From Rhodocyclaceae bacterium (GTDB lineage Bacteria; Pseudomonadota; Gammaproteobacteria; Burkholderiales; Rhodocyclaceae), in assembly GCA_044220545.1 (NCBI GenBank), contig JBGAQX010000024.1, positions 1,771 to 65,770 of the forward strand: a stretch of DNA of 64,000 bases, written 5' to 3'. Positions 63,702 to 64,000 of the stretch are shown here, one piece after another. Position 1 is the first letter of the stretch. Every line of letters starts with the position of its first letter. The translations under genes and the position numbers were made by a program. The notes below the pieces were generated by a model. It was given only the letters and a program-made list of their open reading frames with translations. It searched no databases and was not told the DNA's origin.

Positions 63702-64000
63702 CAGAAAATCGGCGATGGGCGCGTCGAACTGTGTGCCATCCTCGGCGACCATCTGGTAGCTGCCCTTCATGGAGCCGACCGGTGTCGGCAGGGCGCAGCC
63801 GCTGGCGTACTGAAACTTGTCGCCCGGCTGCAACAACGGCTGATTGCCCACCACACCCAGCCCACGCACTTCCTGAACCTTGCCGTCGGCGTCGATGATC
63901 AGCCAGTGACGGGATATCAACTGGGCGGCGACGGTACCGACATTGGTGATGGTGATCGCGTAGGAAAACACGTAGCGGTCCGCCTCGGGGTCCGATTGCT
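63675..64000 (-). CDS. apaG: ApaG (DUF525) protein; 5' end lies outside the window
   Basis: ...QSDPEADRYVFSYAITITNVG...HWLIIDADGKVQEVRGLGVVG is typical of ApaG. The frame is open to the window edge. Confidence 0.85.
   Translation of the reverse strand, partial: QSDPEADRYVFSYAITITNVGTVAAQLISRHWLIIDADGKVQEVRGLGVVGNQPLLQPGDKFQYASGCALPTPVGSMKGSYQMVAEDGTQFDAPIADFLLSMPRTLH

Noticed and set aside
1-64000. tRNA, rRNA or other structured RNA genes in intergenic regions
   Set aside because: I read all gaps longer than 100 nt: 6952-7070, 26340-26451, 26965-27180, 27956-28183, 39655-39843, 42348-42459, 45120-45264 and 46262-46349. I saw no cloverleaf-like or rRNA-like sequence. A covariance-model scan would be needed to exclude small RNAs.

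Overview
High-G+C proteobacterial chromosomal segment. The housekeeping block aroG / tldD / C-N hydrolase / yhdP / glnE / argJ / apaG at 51.7-64 kb has a betaproteobacterial look. I count about 60 protein-coding genes and recognised no rRNA, tRNA, CRISPR array, transposase or integrase. All family calls come from reading motifs in the supplied translations; no database search was run.

Layout:
- 0-2.6 kb: chromate-type cluster (chrA 3' end, rhodanese, ChrB-C domain) and an MFS gene.
- 3.1-6.6 kb: GGDEF / small membrane protein / 2-TM RCK K+ channel operon.
- 7-12.8 kb: LysR, MBL-fold protein, Fe-alcohol dehydrogenase, and a frameshifted hybrid histidine kinase.
- 12.9-14.4 kb: hipBA module 1.
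- 15-19 kb: hydroxylase, TlpA, methyltransferase, DsrE-like gene and an ArsR-rhodanese regulator.
- 19-26.3 kb: six-gene group-4-hydrogenase-like operon (HyfB, C, E, F, G, I types). All four [NiFe] cysteine ligands of the large subunit are substituted, so it is an Ehr-type complex. A rhodanese gene sits directly upstream.
- 27-28 kb: lower-G+C islet carrying a RelE-type toxin-antitoxin (TA) pair.
- 28.2-39.6 kb: tightly overlapping six-gene operon SulP / NuoM-like / DabA (DUF2309) / DabB (NuoL-like) / NuoM-N-like / NuoM-like.
- 39.8-43 kb: PduO-type adenosyltransferase, DUF4143 ATPase, and a hicAB islet.
- 43-50 kb: periplasmic redox/metal cluster (DUF2202, CpxP-like Met/Gly-rich protein, DUF1924, dihaem cytochrome c, cytochrome b) flanked by two OmpR-type two-component systems.
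- 50.1-51.7 kb: hipBA module 2.

Most interesting signal: a DAB-type inorganic-carbon pump expanded with three extra antiporter-like subunits and a SulP transporter. It lies co-directionally beside a nickel-less, complex-I-like (Ehr) module, separated only by a rhodanese gene and an apparently inserted TA islet.

Other points: two disruptive indels (a 7-bp duplication in the MFS gene and a 1-nt insertion in the hybrid kinase), four TA modules, phased direct repeats that look like response-regulator boxes, and several in-frame coding tandem repeats.
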